Source: Phoronis australis
Taxonomy: Eukaryota > Animalia > Phoronida
Assembly: GCA_002633005.1 (NCBI GenBank)
Contig: NMRA01000965.1
Span: 48,114-86,854, forward strand
Reading direction: 5' to 3'
Length of the DNA stretch: 38,741 nucleotides
Shown here: positions 23,600-35,147 of the stretch, piece by piece
How positions within the stretch are numbered: position 1 is the first letter of the stretch
How the letters are laid out: every line of letters begins with the position of its first letter
The notes under the pieces: model-generated
Database searches by the model: none
Told to the model about the DNA's origin: nothing
The model's input: the letters and a program-made list of their open reading frames with translations, nothing else
Made by a program: the position numbers and the translations under genes

Positions 23600-23813
23600 C
23601 ATCTCCTGTGACTGGAGTCGAAACACGAGTCCTAAAAGTGGGCAAAACACAGAGTGGCCCCGGACAGAATCGCTTAGTCCACGATGAGGTCCCACACTCT
23701 CATTCGGCGCACAAAGCGATGCCACTTCTGCGCAACTTTGGTGTCCTTCGTCACACCGAGACGTTCTCCGCCTGGCTGCTGTTGCTGCAGCCTCCAGAAA
23801 CACATCTTTTGAT
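23600..23813 (-). pseudogene. THAP zinc-finger domain remnant
   Basis: IKRCVSGGCSNSSQAENVSV..KDTKVAQKWHRFVRRMRVW...ATLCFAHF*DSCFD, i.e. the C-x4-C...W...LCxxHF THAP signature with stops and a frameshift. Confidence 0.85.
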
Positions 23814-26800
23814 CCCTCTACGAATCTTCTCGTCCCTAAATGTACTTTGCTTTCACTTCACTCTTAATTGTCTCTGATCCGAACAGTATGGCGAACGACT
23901 AAGGTTCAACCCATGATGTTGTACATAATTATTATTTTTTTCAATTTTTACGTGTTTTTTTATGACCTGTGCACTAAAGGCACTGAAATCAAGTAAGATA
24001 TAATAATAAAATTTATTTTGAGGTACTAAAGTCATGTTGTGTACACTTTAACTTAACGACTCATACTCAACATTATCTGGGGCATGGGTCAGGGCTGCGG
24101 GAACCAACGGCAGTTTTAAATTAAGAAGACTCTCCGTCTTCCTGAAGATTGGCAGGGACAGCAAAGTCTAATAACTGCATTTAGTTTTCACCCGGCCGTG
24201 CGCGTGATTCCTGTGAGTGAGGTTGAGACGAAATGGCCCTTAACTTTTCAGTAACATTGTGAAAGGATGCGATCTTGACGTGGTTTTGATGCATCGTGGT
24301 TCATAATTCATCAACATTCCTACTTCATATTCTTTTAAACATGCAAGTACATATTCATTTTTTCGTATTCGTAAGACATGAGAGCATAAAATTCAAACAA
24401 AGTGTTTTAGTACACGACATTGTTCTCGACATAGATACACCACTCAGTGCATTTAATAACCGAAGTATAGTTTATGTTTTGCATGTATAGTATAAAAATT
24501 ACACCTGAGTCTTAAAATTCTAGATATTTTCTGAATAGTGAACCTTCGAAGAAGTGGACCTTCGGAAACGTGAACTTTCGAAGTAGTGGACCTTCGAAAT
24601 AGTGGCCTGATCCCATTTCCAGCGATGTAAGTAATTTAAGTAACACACAGACAACCAAATAACAAATTTCGTAAAAGTCATTCTCCGACTAAATATTTCC
24701 GCCCGAGTATGTAATGAGGTGTAAATACTTATTTAATCACACCTGATTTGAAAGTTTGACAGGAGCAAACGCGAGAGCTTTCTTTTTTTGGACGACATTA
24801 CATCCGAATTTAAGTTCTGTTCTTTTCGATCGAACGGCCGTCACGGCATCCTCATTTGTGATATTACGAATGCCCGCGTCTCATCTCAGGAACATTTGTA
24901 GAGCTGAGAGTCATCGTTGTGTATGCAGATTTGCCTTACCCCTAACTGAGCTGCTTAAAGGGCTTTACCGAAAATTCTACAGTGTCGTCGTTTGCAAACT
25001 GTCAAAGGTTAACACTTCTACAAATTCTAACCACCCACTCCGCAATGCTGGGTACGGGCCCTGTTCACTGTACACTGTACAAATAGGTGGGGCAGACTTT
25101 TCGAATAACATTCATGAAGCTAGAGTAACAAAATTAGCTGAAAGTGAAAAATATGCAACACCGGCGGGTCAAGCCGGTTCGTCGACTTCCAACCCTGACC
25201 ACGTTATTCAAACACATGTACGGAAGGACATGCAAACAACTTCTTAACGGATCCATCTTCGGCGATGAGTTCCATATCCACGTTCATTCAAACGGAGACA
25301 AACCCCTAACTCAATATATCACTAGTTGTGCTATCTCAAGGTCAGATCAGTGCTCACGCGCGGGGAAGCCCTGCTGATTGTTATTGATAAACATCTGTTA
25401 AGTTTTAATGTTCACCCCGGCCAACCCGCGATCGAGAACGAAACCGGTTGCGAGAAGCGAAACCAGGCAAGGTGAGTAAATTTGATGAATTTACGTTGTT
25501 TTTACTTCCAATGTGAAAACAGAGACACGAGTTCAAGGCGTAACACATTGAGGAAGGGCAGGTAGAGGTTTGGGCTGGTGTCTGTTCCAATTATTGGAGA
25601 TAAGTTACGTTGAACGAGGCATCGCTTGAGTCAAAGGGGATTCGTATAGTCCGGATACATATAGTCGTCAGGCTCCAAAGGTCGTCCGCCATCTTCTTTC
25701 GCGTGCAGCGCAGCCACGCGGGACTTAGCGTTCCAATTTGGAGTGCTCGTCTGCACGTTAGGTACTAACCTCTCGGGAGAAACGCGCATAGAAGAACTGA
25801 GACTAAAATTAATGCATTTACCGACTGTTTTTTGAGACCACTTAAAAACTTGTAGATTTTACTAATGCACTTTTTTGTTCATTTTCAGAAGATATATTCG
25901 AAATTAAATTTTCTTCAGACGGAACAAAAAACAACTCAGAGATTGTTTATGCAATGTATCTATTTGTCCCAGGCACTAACCGACACCCGTTAGGTCAAAG
26001 GAAAAACGCAGCAGACAAATGGAACACGCTGGGTGCTTAACAGTTACGGCCCACGCCTTGGTCATCAAAATATTGTCCACTTGTTTTTTATTGCAAAACA
26101 AACTACTGAGCTCAACATTTATGTTGAAATTTTTGGTTAAAGCATTTTGAATTATATTTGAAGAAAATTAAAATACTTGAATTGATAGGGAATGGCCACC
26201 AATAAAGTAAAACATTGACTTTATTTCACTATATTGCATTGTTACATACAACACAGCATGACATATTCAAAAATAAAAGAAGAGATTGAGCAATAAAATG
26301 CAACTACAACTTGGGTATTTACTTATTTATTTATGATTGCAGAAGGCTGTTAAAGGCGAGAAAAAATCAAACCATACAATATTGGGTAATTTATTAGAAC
26401 AATTGTATCAAGGTTCAATGATCAACTTGCACCGACAAAGTCTCAAAGGGTTACAGTTCTGTTTTGGCTGACAAGGTGTTAACAGAGAATGAAGAAAAAC
26501 TGAAAAGAAAAAGTAAGACAGCAGAGATAAGTGGTGTTAAGAACAACAAGAGCAAAAAGTCAAATAAAGAGGACACAAATAGAAAATAAGTAAGGTCTAT
26601 CTGGAATAAAGCAATTGCGATTTATTTTCGAGAACTGAAATTCTAAATCAATTTTAATCGATTTAAAAATCAATATCATACTAGTAAACCAGTTTGTGGT
26701 TGAAATAGAATTGCTGTAAACCACTTTCTACTATTTTCTTGGCCTTTTTCTGTGTGGTTTTTTGTTCTTTCAAAAGGCGGCAGCATATGACGACCATAGG

Positions 26801-28993
26801 AGTCATTATAAAATGGCTGCCGAAAAGCAATGCACAGTTCAAACAACTCGGCATAAATAAAGAAAAACTTTTGAATCAACTAATACTATGGATTTGTGAG
26901 AGTCAAATCAAGTTCTATGCAGAGCATAACTTTGAAGTGGAATAATTGGGTGAGTATGAAAATAAGTCGGTTTTATGCTTAGGCGGACGACCATTGGGTT
27001 CCCGAGTATATGTCATTTTGGCAAATTGCGGTTATTTTTGGCACTAAATCAATAAATTGACCATAAAGTTATGAAGAAGTGACTTGTGAAAATATAACAC
27101 AACGCTTGTTTTTCGTAGTTTTGTCAGGATCTCTGATTTTTCGACACTTTTCTGTTGAAAGATGCGATCGAGAACGTAAAGAGAAGCGATCGGAAACGCA
27201 AATTTTTGTTTTGTTTATGCGATCGAGAACGCATCGTGGTGTGCCGAACAGTTATGAACTTTTTACTTATAAAACGTGAAAAGGGTTACAAAATAAGTGT
27301 GGTGCAATGAATTAATCACATTTTGAGTCATTACTGTTACTTTCGTTTCCAAACTAAACAGTATCACAGCATTACCATTAAATTAAAATGAGCGACTACA
27401 TGTACATCAAGCCCTATTTTAATTATAGATGTTTTCAAAAATGAATTTATTTTCATTTCAGGAAACACGTTCACTGTTATTATTGTGAGGCGAGCTTCAA
27501 CGAACAGATTGATCAGTGCGTGAAAGTACACCCTACCTGGGTTTTGAAATACAGGCATACTTTTAGACGAAACCAAGTGGAACAAGGGGTTCTAAACTAA
27601 GACTCACCCAGCAATTTTCAATGTGGCGTGTATGCGTCAGGATTTTGACAAAATTTCTAAGAGGTTTTGCCCATGTCATAAACTTGAGACTCGTGTAGGA
27701 TTCTCTATATCTACCACACTGAATGAATGCAGTGATATAAACAATATATAATTTTCGTGGTATCAAGGGCGGACAGCGACACCAAGCACTGTCCATTCAA
27801 CTACCAGATACCACCGAACGGCCCGGGATTTGCATGGACACTGACGCCAACACATTGGGGTGCCTTCCGTTCTGGCGAGTAAAGCTATAACACGCAAGAC
27901 CATGCGAGTGAAAGGCAACTTTTTGGGAGATTTTTGAAACCTTAAATTCGTATCCTCTAACAAATTGTATGAGACCGGTGTGTTATGTGTGTGATTTGAA
28001 ATGTAGCTTGAAAAGGATCCTACCCTGACACCCTAACCGGTAAGGTTGGACAACTCGACTGTCTTGCTCACCTGAGCAGCTGCCGGTTTAGATTAAAGGC
28101 ACCGTGCTGTTGTGGTTAATTAAATCGCTTCAGGCTGCTGACGTTATCGTTCTCCAGATAGGGAACCCCATCATAAACACATTACTGGCAACAGCAATGT
28201 TTTTTAAATTTTCAAACATTGTGAATAGCATATTTGAATAGTTTGTGAAAAGCCCAAGTTATTAGGCGTTTGAAATTTGAAAATTGGACAACAAATGTGA
28301 CTTTTACAACCTGAAACGTTTGTTGTTGTAATAATATGTTTTTGTAATAATATGTTCTTCCTTAACTGTCCTGGGTGTGCAACATAACTGGGTCAATTAT
28401 CAAACCACCAAGCAGCAGTTGGATTTTGAGGTAAGCCAAGCGCCACCGTGGAACTCCTCACATGGAATTATGGGATAGAATTCATGGGTTATAGGATAGA
28501 ATTCATCGGTTTGTTACCATAAGCGAAGATGGCTCACTGCAAGTGCTCTACTAATGTCTTAGGTCTAGGCAACGCAACCTTGATTTCTACGTGTCGGTCA
28601 TTATCCTTTCTTATGGCCAATACAGGCGACCAACAGCGGCTTCAATGAAGTTAGCATTGTCCAGCATGTTCAAATGAGAAACGTTTACCTTTTCAATGTA
28701 TTTTAATCTATAAATTTCATTCATATCACTCACGCAATTCTTTGTGTTGGGTTGTGTTCCGGTAAGGCAGTTTCAACTGGAAGTGCTATGTTTGAATTTT
28801 ATAACTAACGATCATCGAAGAAACTACTTGCGGCTAGCTTACGGCAGCGAGTTCATAGAACTAAATGCATTGCCTAGGCCTACACGAAGAAATGTCCGCG
28901 GTAACACAAGGCGCAATGATATACCATTCTCTCTTGCAGAAATAAAATGGTGGTGTTTATGTATGAATCGGGGATTGCCTATTGTATGATACC

Positions 28994-29225
28994 CATATTT
29001 TCATGTTAATCATAAAGTTTGCAGAGATATTCGACTACCAAGTTCGCCTCCGAAGCGTTAAGTGTGTCGACGGCGCGGCATATATTCGCGAATACCCGCA
29101 TTCGCTCTTGTTTTAAAAATTATAATCAAAGAACGATACGCGAATTGAGGACTGGCTACTACATATTCATATTTTCATGTTAACGAAAAAGTTTGCGGAG
29201 ATAGTCGACTATCAAGTTCGCCTCC
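28994..29225. repeat. 58-bp direct repeat, two copies 174 bp apart
   Basis: CATATTTTCATGTTAA..A.AAAGTTTGC.GAGATA.TCGACTA.CAAGTTCGCCTCC at 28994-29051 and 29168-29225. Confidence 0.85.
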
Positions 29226-29981
29226 CTAGCACTTATTTGGCTCATGATTGACGACAAATTGGACCACTCCAGTTATGGAAGCATAGAAACAAGATATGTA
29301 AGGTACAAAAACCTGAACTCTTCCAATTTTGTCTGAACACTGCGTATTTCCTGTCAAGGGTAATTTCTATAAACAACAACGCGGTGTTGTAACGGATTCG
29401 CTCATTAGCTCCATTGAGGCTAGTCTAAATTCTATATGGAAAGTTTTGAAACTAAACCCATCGCTGCGGCAGACCATCCCTTGATATTATCTAATGCTGC
29501 GTAGACGACACTTTCGTCAAGATCCAGGAGTACTAGGTTAGTAGATTTTTAGATCGCATCCACTCGGTCAACCCTTATATCAACTTTGCCATCGAGCGCT
29601 CATCGGATGACAGTCTCCCTTCTCTTTACACTTGGATACACGTCAAGGTAGTACCAAGGACACTATCTAGAGGAAAACAACTCACAAGAACATGTAACCG
29701 AATTTTCGCTGAAACAATCCTTTCCAACATAAACTATCAGTCGTGCGTACAGTTTTAATAAGAGTTGAATAATTAGTAACAGAAGAAAATGACAAACATC
29801 AAAAACTAGAGTCAAAGAGGTGTTACGTTTTTTTGTTTTTTTTTGCCCTGCTCCTGAAATCTTTGGTTCGAATATTCGCGGCAGTCATGGGAAAGGATTT
29901 GATGTACTACTAATACTTGTCATCCACTTATAAGTTTTTGATACAACTACAAAAACATTTAATTTTTTACTGTGTACAAAA

Positions 29982-30041
29982 AGATTACAATGCCAACTTT
30001 CCCCGCTTTGGAGACTACAGTGCCAAGTTACCCCGCTTTGG
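29982..30041. repeat. 30-bp tandem repeat x2
   Basis: AGATTACAATGCCAACTTTCCCCGCTTTGG / AGACTACAGTGCCAAGTTACCCCGCTTTGG. Confidence 0.9.
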
Positions 30042-30258
30042 AAACAAAATTGGCAGGTAACAAAAACCATTAGATCAACCCTAGAACATCCGAAATCCCA
30101 AACAGAAACTATTAGTTTTGTTGGTGGGAATAGCTCTCACGATTTCAAACCCATTAACATGTCTCTTTATTACATAATTGTTAAATAATTTAATAAAAAG
30201 GTCGAGAACTACCACCTTCACCCCATTTTACGGTACTGTAAGATATAGTGCAACTTTG

Positions 30259-30770
30259 GCTTTCTTAAATAGCATTACTTGAGCATGAAAGAAATAATAA
30301 TTGTCAATTATTTTTGCATAGAAGTTACTTTGTCAACTTAAATGTGAATAGATATGTACTGAAGTCGTGCTGTTTTAAAAGAATCTTTCATTTATTGTCG
30401 CGTAATTCCCATTTTACTGGCGTAATTCTGCTAGAATACTGGTATTATTAGTCGACAGTGATTAGATTTAAACCTTTCAAATTGATTAGAACGTGATAAT
30501 TAACTTTTATTTTAAGTAAATACGTGTTACCTATTAATCACTGTATAGTCCGCAACAAAGAAAAATATACACGAAATCATGAAATATATTGTGACTTTAT
30601 TGATAACTGAGATAAGTTAGCGATTTTTGGTATGCTCTAACTGATAGGTTATATAAAAGGTACAAAAACAAATGGCTTATGTGAATGGTAACTGGCACCC
30701 TGAATGTATCCAGTGTTTCTGTTGTCACGCAGAATATCAGACCTGTGACGTTTTATTGTCACATGCATAG
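30259..30770 (+). repeat. diverged direct duplication, copy B (paralog of 7864-7873 + 8736-9250), lacking the Kolobok insertion
   Basis: GCTTTC-TTAA-ATAGCATTACTT is contiguous here but split by the 862-bp element in copy A. Colinear similarity extends ~500 bp. Confidence 0.9.
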
Positions 30771-32329
30771 GATGTTTTATACATCACATGCATACAAGTG
30801 TACGTCTAGCAAATATATTGATTCTTCACTGGCATGCAGACACATGTCACGTATTTTTGAGTATCGGATTATAGATATAACATCATATAACATTAGGACT
30901 ATCAACTAGTCTAACCAAAAAATAACGAAACGTTTTGAAACTGAAAATATTGCAAATTTTCATTACAGTTTTCATATATGTTGCAGTAAATGGAACAACT
31001 TCCAATTTGTCAGGGAGCCAAAATCGCAAGCACACAAAATGATGTTCATTTTCAAATTATCTGATGCAAACTGATTCGAATGTAATACTGTATATACGTA
31101 TGAAAAAGTCTATGGCATTCCTTTTAGCACGTTTATCAATTAAAAATGACTAAAAGTGTTTTTTTCAGTAATTGAAGAACGACAGGCGCAACGACGTTTT
31201 TTATTATAATTTTGGCAGCCTCTATTTTCCAGACTAAAACTATTTAAAATCAAACACGTACAATGTAAAGCGTTGACGAACGCCAGAGTTTTCAAGTGAT
31301 GTACTTGGTTTTTGACTAAAACGGTACAAAATTTTTGAAATTCGATTTCGAAATTGAACAGTCCAGATATGGATACTCTTCGTATACTAGAGTCCGATTG
31401 ACAAGCCATGGACTGAATTAAATGAACCATACGTTGATGGGAACCGACGTCATAATTTCCCGCCATTTCCACGAAGTTAAAATTAAGATTCCGACGTGGA
31501 AGTGGCGGTTGCCTGAGTGCATTTGTTCGCATGACCTGGAACCGGCGGTCTGGAGGATGGTGATCGACACTTGTAGAGTGATCCCCAAACCGATCGAAGC
31601 CACAGTCCCACATTTTTGGCATTAGTGCTGGAAGAACTACGAAATACTGATTAAACTTTGATACGAAGGGTACCGCAACCACACCATGACTGCACCTGAT
31701 TTCAGTGGAATATGACCTAGTCTAATTAGATTTCAACTTTGAAAATGATAATTCAAGACCTGGCATTTGTAGAAAATGTTATTGTGTTTCAGAGTCATTG
31801 ACGTGTATCGGCTCTTAGAACACCAATGCTCTAATTCATTTACAGTTCCTTCCTGAGCAAACCCTTAACTCATGAATCTAGGTCATCAGGAGAAACCGAA
31901 GTTTTTTAAGACAACATCTCCACTTATTCCCTAAAATGGATGCCACCCACTGTACTTACTACCACCAACAGGGATATGAGCTTTCTAATAACGCTATTGG
32001 CATGGACGGGAGAGGGCGAGGGACAGCATGTCCCTAACACGTCCGAAAAAATTAACCCCCACAGGAAAATTCTTTACATTAACTGCTACACTATTTTGCT
32101 TGTAGAAATCAATCTAACACTCGCAAGTGTAAATAACTAATTTGGACCCCCGTGAATCAGTTTTAGTAAGCGCAACAAATCGCAGGACAAAAACGGAGAA
32201 GCTGATTGAATTGTCTCTCTTCAAAATGATTCGGGTCTGATGTATGCCGACTGAGATCAGTTACCCGGTGAATGCTTTAAGCGTGTAGGGCCTGTACGAG
32301 TCACTGGTCGTTTTACAAACAGCACACTT

Positions 32330-32521
32330 TCTTGTCCATCGAAAGCCTTGCAAAATCTTCACGAGTTCAAACATTCAATCTTGTCCTCATTTCTTCCCAC
32401 TCTTCGACCGAGTCGCTTAGGTACACGGATTGTTGGTAATGCCAACTAACTCGTCTTTTTTCCGTATCTCGTACAGCTCAGGACGACCGCGTTTCGCCTT
32501 CGGCCGTACACTACCAGTCTC
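32330..32521 (-). pseudogene. probable transposon-derived ORF remnant (AT-hook + short helical domain)
   Basis: ETGSVRPKAKRGRPELYEIRKK / QSVYLSDSVEEWEEMRTRLNV*TREDFARLSMDK. Contains a KRGRP AT-hook-like motif, one frameshift and one stop. Confidence 0.4.
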
Positions 32522-32903
32522 CGTTATTTGTATTTATGGTAACCTCTGTATCTGCGCATGCGTTGCTGTAATATCTTTTGTATTGACAATCCTTTTTATT
32601 CCTTTACAGGGCGGCAGGTCCAATCTCAGTGTGGCTTTTGTATTGTGTTAAAATGAAGTCTTAAGGGAGCATCATGTATTGGCGCTTTTCTAGATAATAA
32701 AAATACGCGCGATTTTCTTTCCCAGCCACAGCAGTATTTGTTCTGCTTAAGACAAAATAAGATATGAATGCAAGGCAATTTTATTCCGCTCGTTGGCCCG
32801 AGCAACCTTCAACAAAAATGCTTTTGCGCCAATGACTAGGGCCTTGCTCATCAACTTATTGTTTGATTAGGTTAAGTTCACTTGACATTGACCACTTTTT
32901 CAG

Positions 32904-32993
32904 TGTCAGCCACCGACTTTGCAGCTGCAGATTCTTCATCGCAGTACGAAAAGTATGGGGCATCATGTCTCTCATCTATGGATATTTCACGAG
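32904..32993 (+). CDS. probable internal exon supplying the linker and first Cys of the fibrinogen domain
   Basis: Acceptor CACTTTTTCAG|, 90 nt, phase 1-1: xSATDFAAADSSSQYEKYGASCLSSMDISR, donor G|GTTTGC. Joined to 33291 it gives ASCLSSMDISRDVAYTGFLLVRP, matching the FReD 'DC.....SGVY.I.P' start. Alternative acceptors (32925, 32931) and donor (33008) exist. Confidence 0.5.
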
Positions 32994-33290
32994 GTTTGCC
33001 TCTTTCCGTAAGCCATTATCATATCCCACCGCCCGCCAGTGAAGATTTGCAGACATTGTGATAGCAGGAAAGAAGTTAAAACGCTGTTTATACCATTAGG
33101 TTGAACCTCCTGTCCGCATTACATGGGATTTGTCCACAAAGACGTGATCGCCGTCTGGCAAATTTATAAATTGGCGCGCTATTTCGAAAGTCAGCTATTG
33201 AAATGACATTAATCAACCAAATTTTTTATAAACCAGTTACTATACACATTCTGCTCAGTGAAACATCGAATGTTACATCTACTTTTGCAG

Positions 33291-33898
33291 ATGTCGCTTA
33301 TACGGGATTCCTGTTAGTGAGACCAAAAAACGCACCAAAGAGTTTCATTGTCTATTGTGATAGCGGCTGGACGGTTATTCAGCGCCGGTTCGATGGAAGC
33401 TTGGATTTCCACAAAACTTGGACGGAGTACAAAGTCGGGTTTGGGGAACTGGACGGTGAAATGTGGCTCGGTAATGACAACATTTACTACATCACCCAGC
33501 AAGATCACTACGCGATACAATACACTATGACGTTATGGAATGGCACACAGGTAACACGTGATCACAACTTCTTTGCAATTGCCAGTGAGGCAGAAAAGTA
33601 CAGGATCACTGTATCAGCGAAATTGCAGACGCACGTAGTGGCAAAAGCCTTAGGGGGTCTTAACGGCCTATTATTCACCACTTTCGACTCAGACAATGAT
33701 AATTGCGATTGCAATTGCGCTCTTCGGAAGAGAGGTGGGTTGTGGTACGACAGATGTGGAAATTTCTGCCCCAATTGCCGTTACCCCTACGGCGGAACAT
33801 GTTCCTCGAATAGCATTAACAACTGCATGAAGTTTAGAGATGACGAGTTAGGTACAACCTTGTTAATGCGCTTAATCATGAAAATAAAGAGGGTTTGA
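33291..33898 (+). CDS. terminal exon: fibrinogen C-terminal (FReD/FBG) domain, ficolin/fibrinogen-related lectin-like protein
   Basis: VYCD..GWTVIQRRFDGSLDF.KTWTEYKVGFG...GEMWLGNDNI...KYR...FTTFDSDND..NCA....GGLWY..C...MKIK. Acceptor CTACTTTTGCAG| at 33290 (phase 1). The ORF-track start at 33203 is probably intronic read-through. Confidence 0.95.
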
Positions 33899-34010
33899 AC
33901 ATCTGTGCAGCTTCGGAGGAAGACATGTACGGACATTTAGTCAACTGAATGATTCTATTCTTTCAATGTTTTATTGTTTATTATGAAGCATATAATATAC
34001 AAAAATTGAA

Positions 34011-34016
34011 AATAAA
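34011..34016 (+). promoter_or_regulatory. candidate polyadenylation signal
   Basis: AATAAA ~113 nt after the FReD stop codon, in an AT-rich 3' UTR. Confidence 0.55.
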
Positions 34017-35147
34017 CCTTAAAACCGTTAGAAAGCGTTATGTCTGAGCATCAAAATATACTCACAAGCACACGCACAAACACACATACATTTTCCGGCG
34101 TAATGTGAGGAATTTTTTCAAGGCAAAAAGAGTACAATTCGGTGGTTGCCTTTTCCTACTAAACAATTTAATAACTATCATTCCACGGGAACATCAAAAG
34201 CTTGTCTCTAGGTTCACCGACTCAGATCTTTCAAAAATTGTGTGTACATATATCCTGGTGGGATATGCTCAAAATGTTTAATTGTATTTTTCAAGTAAGC
34301 ACATCTTAAATATTTTGGCCCAATATAGCGCATTTTAGGCTTTAAAGGGTTCAGTTAGTGAAACTGTTTTAAAACTGCTAAAAAGAACTTGGAAAGAGAA
34401 CGGTTTGTAAAGGAGACATTATAACTCCCTTTCAAAAGAACGTAGTGGTATTTTCAAACGGGTATTCGTTAATTTTTACTAGAGTGCCTAAATTCAGCAA
34501 ATTTTGTCCAATTTTGGGTATTTGACATTTGAGATGCTCTGCAGAACAGTTTGTGGGATGCTGGAGATTGTCCAGAGAAAATTTTCATCACATGAGTGTT
34601 TGAGAACGACGTATCAATATTAATCTAATATTCTGTTGCGATATTTTGTGCCAGATTAACGTCGATCTTATTGAAAGGTGATTATTTACATAAAAAGTCA
34701 CTTGAATCTGAGTTTTCTCATTTTTAAAGGACGCTCATCGTTTAACCGATTCCACCCAAATGTGATTTTGCCAGTTGTTGTTACACTCCCATTAGAGATA
34801 AAAATAACATCTCTTAAGAATATTGGGCCTTCGGGTTTCAACATTTCATGATAGCTACAGCTTAGGTTTACACCTGTCAAAGTGACCCTAGTACAAACTA
34901 ATACGCAAACTAAAATGATCCTAACTCCCTCTTGCCACAATAAGTAACTTAGAATGTACTTAGGAAATTTTCAACGATAAAAGCTGAAACAAGCTTACGT
35001 TAAGTATGAAAGTAGAATGACATGCATAATTTATTACAATGGCAACTGAGTACAATGAAATGGTTCCCCCTTAATCTAGAATTTGACGATCATGAAACTA
35101 AAAATAAGAGGTTATGAAGCAGAAGGATTCGGGTAAGCTTAAAGGGA

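Larger units (their letters stand above)
20579..24047. mobile_element. internally deleted Kolobok-type transposon (TTAA TSD) with two convergent ORF remnants
   Basis: TTAA|AGGGTGTGCAAG...TAGTTCTTAAAACAAA on the left vs TTAA|AGTGTACACAAC...TAGTACCTCAAAATAAA (rc of right end). A THAP remnant points inward from the right and an acidic ORF points inward from the left. Confidence 0.65.
20346..24614. mobile_element. outer non-autonomous element with inverted arrays of ~16-bp subterminal repeats
   Basis: (CACTACTCCGAAGGTC)n-like array at 20355-20480 is mirrored by (GAAGTAGTGGACCTTC)n at 24530-24607. Ends GGTTACGTGCCACTAT vs GGGATCAGGCCACTAT (rc). Flanks ATATCCAA/ATTTCCAG are a possible decayed 8-bp TSD (6/8). 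Confidence 0.7.

Noticed and set aside
19840-25063. A fourth outer nest layer (CGTGGCCCGTAGCCAG ... CTGGGTACGGGCCCTG)
   Set aside because: The ends resemble a MITE TIR pair, but the flanks (GAGAG vs TTCAC) show no TSD. They may be two independent fragments.
24756-25247. 163-aa + strand ORF
   Set aside because: TTG start, crosses a MITE end, and has no domain-like motifs.
31140-31682. 180-aa minus-strand ORF and overlapping + ORF
   Set aside because: No recognisable motifs or splice structure, and not a second PAN exon.
33203-33290. ORF-track N-terminus MTLINQIFYKPVTIH... as the real start of the FReD protein
   Set aside because: No signal peptide and no first FReD Cys. A good acceptor at 33290 indicates intron read-through.
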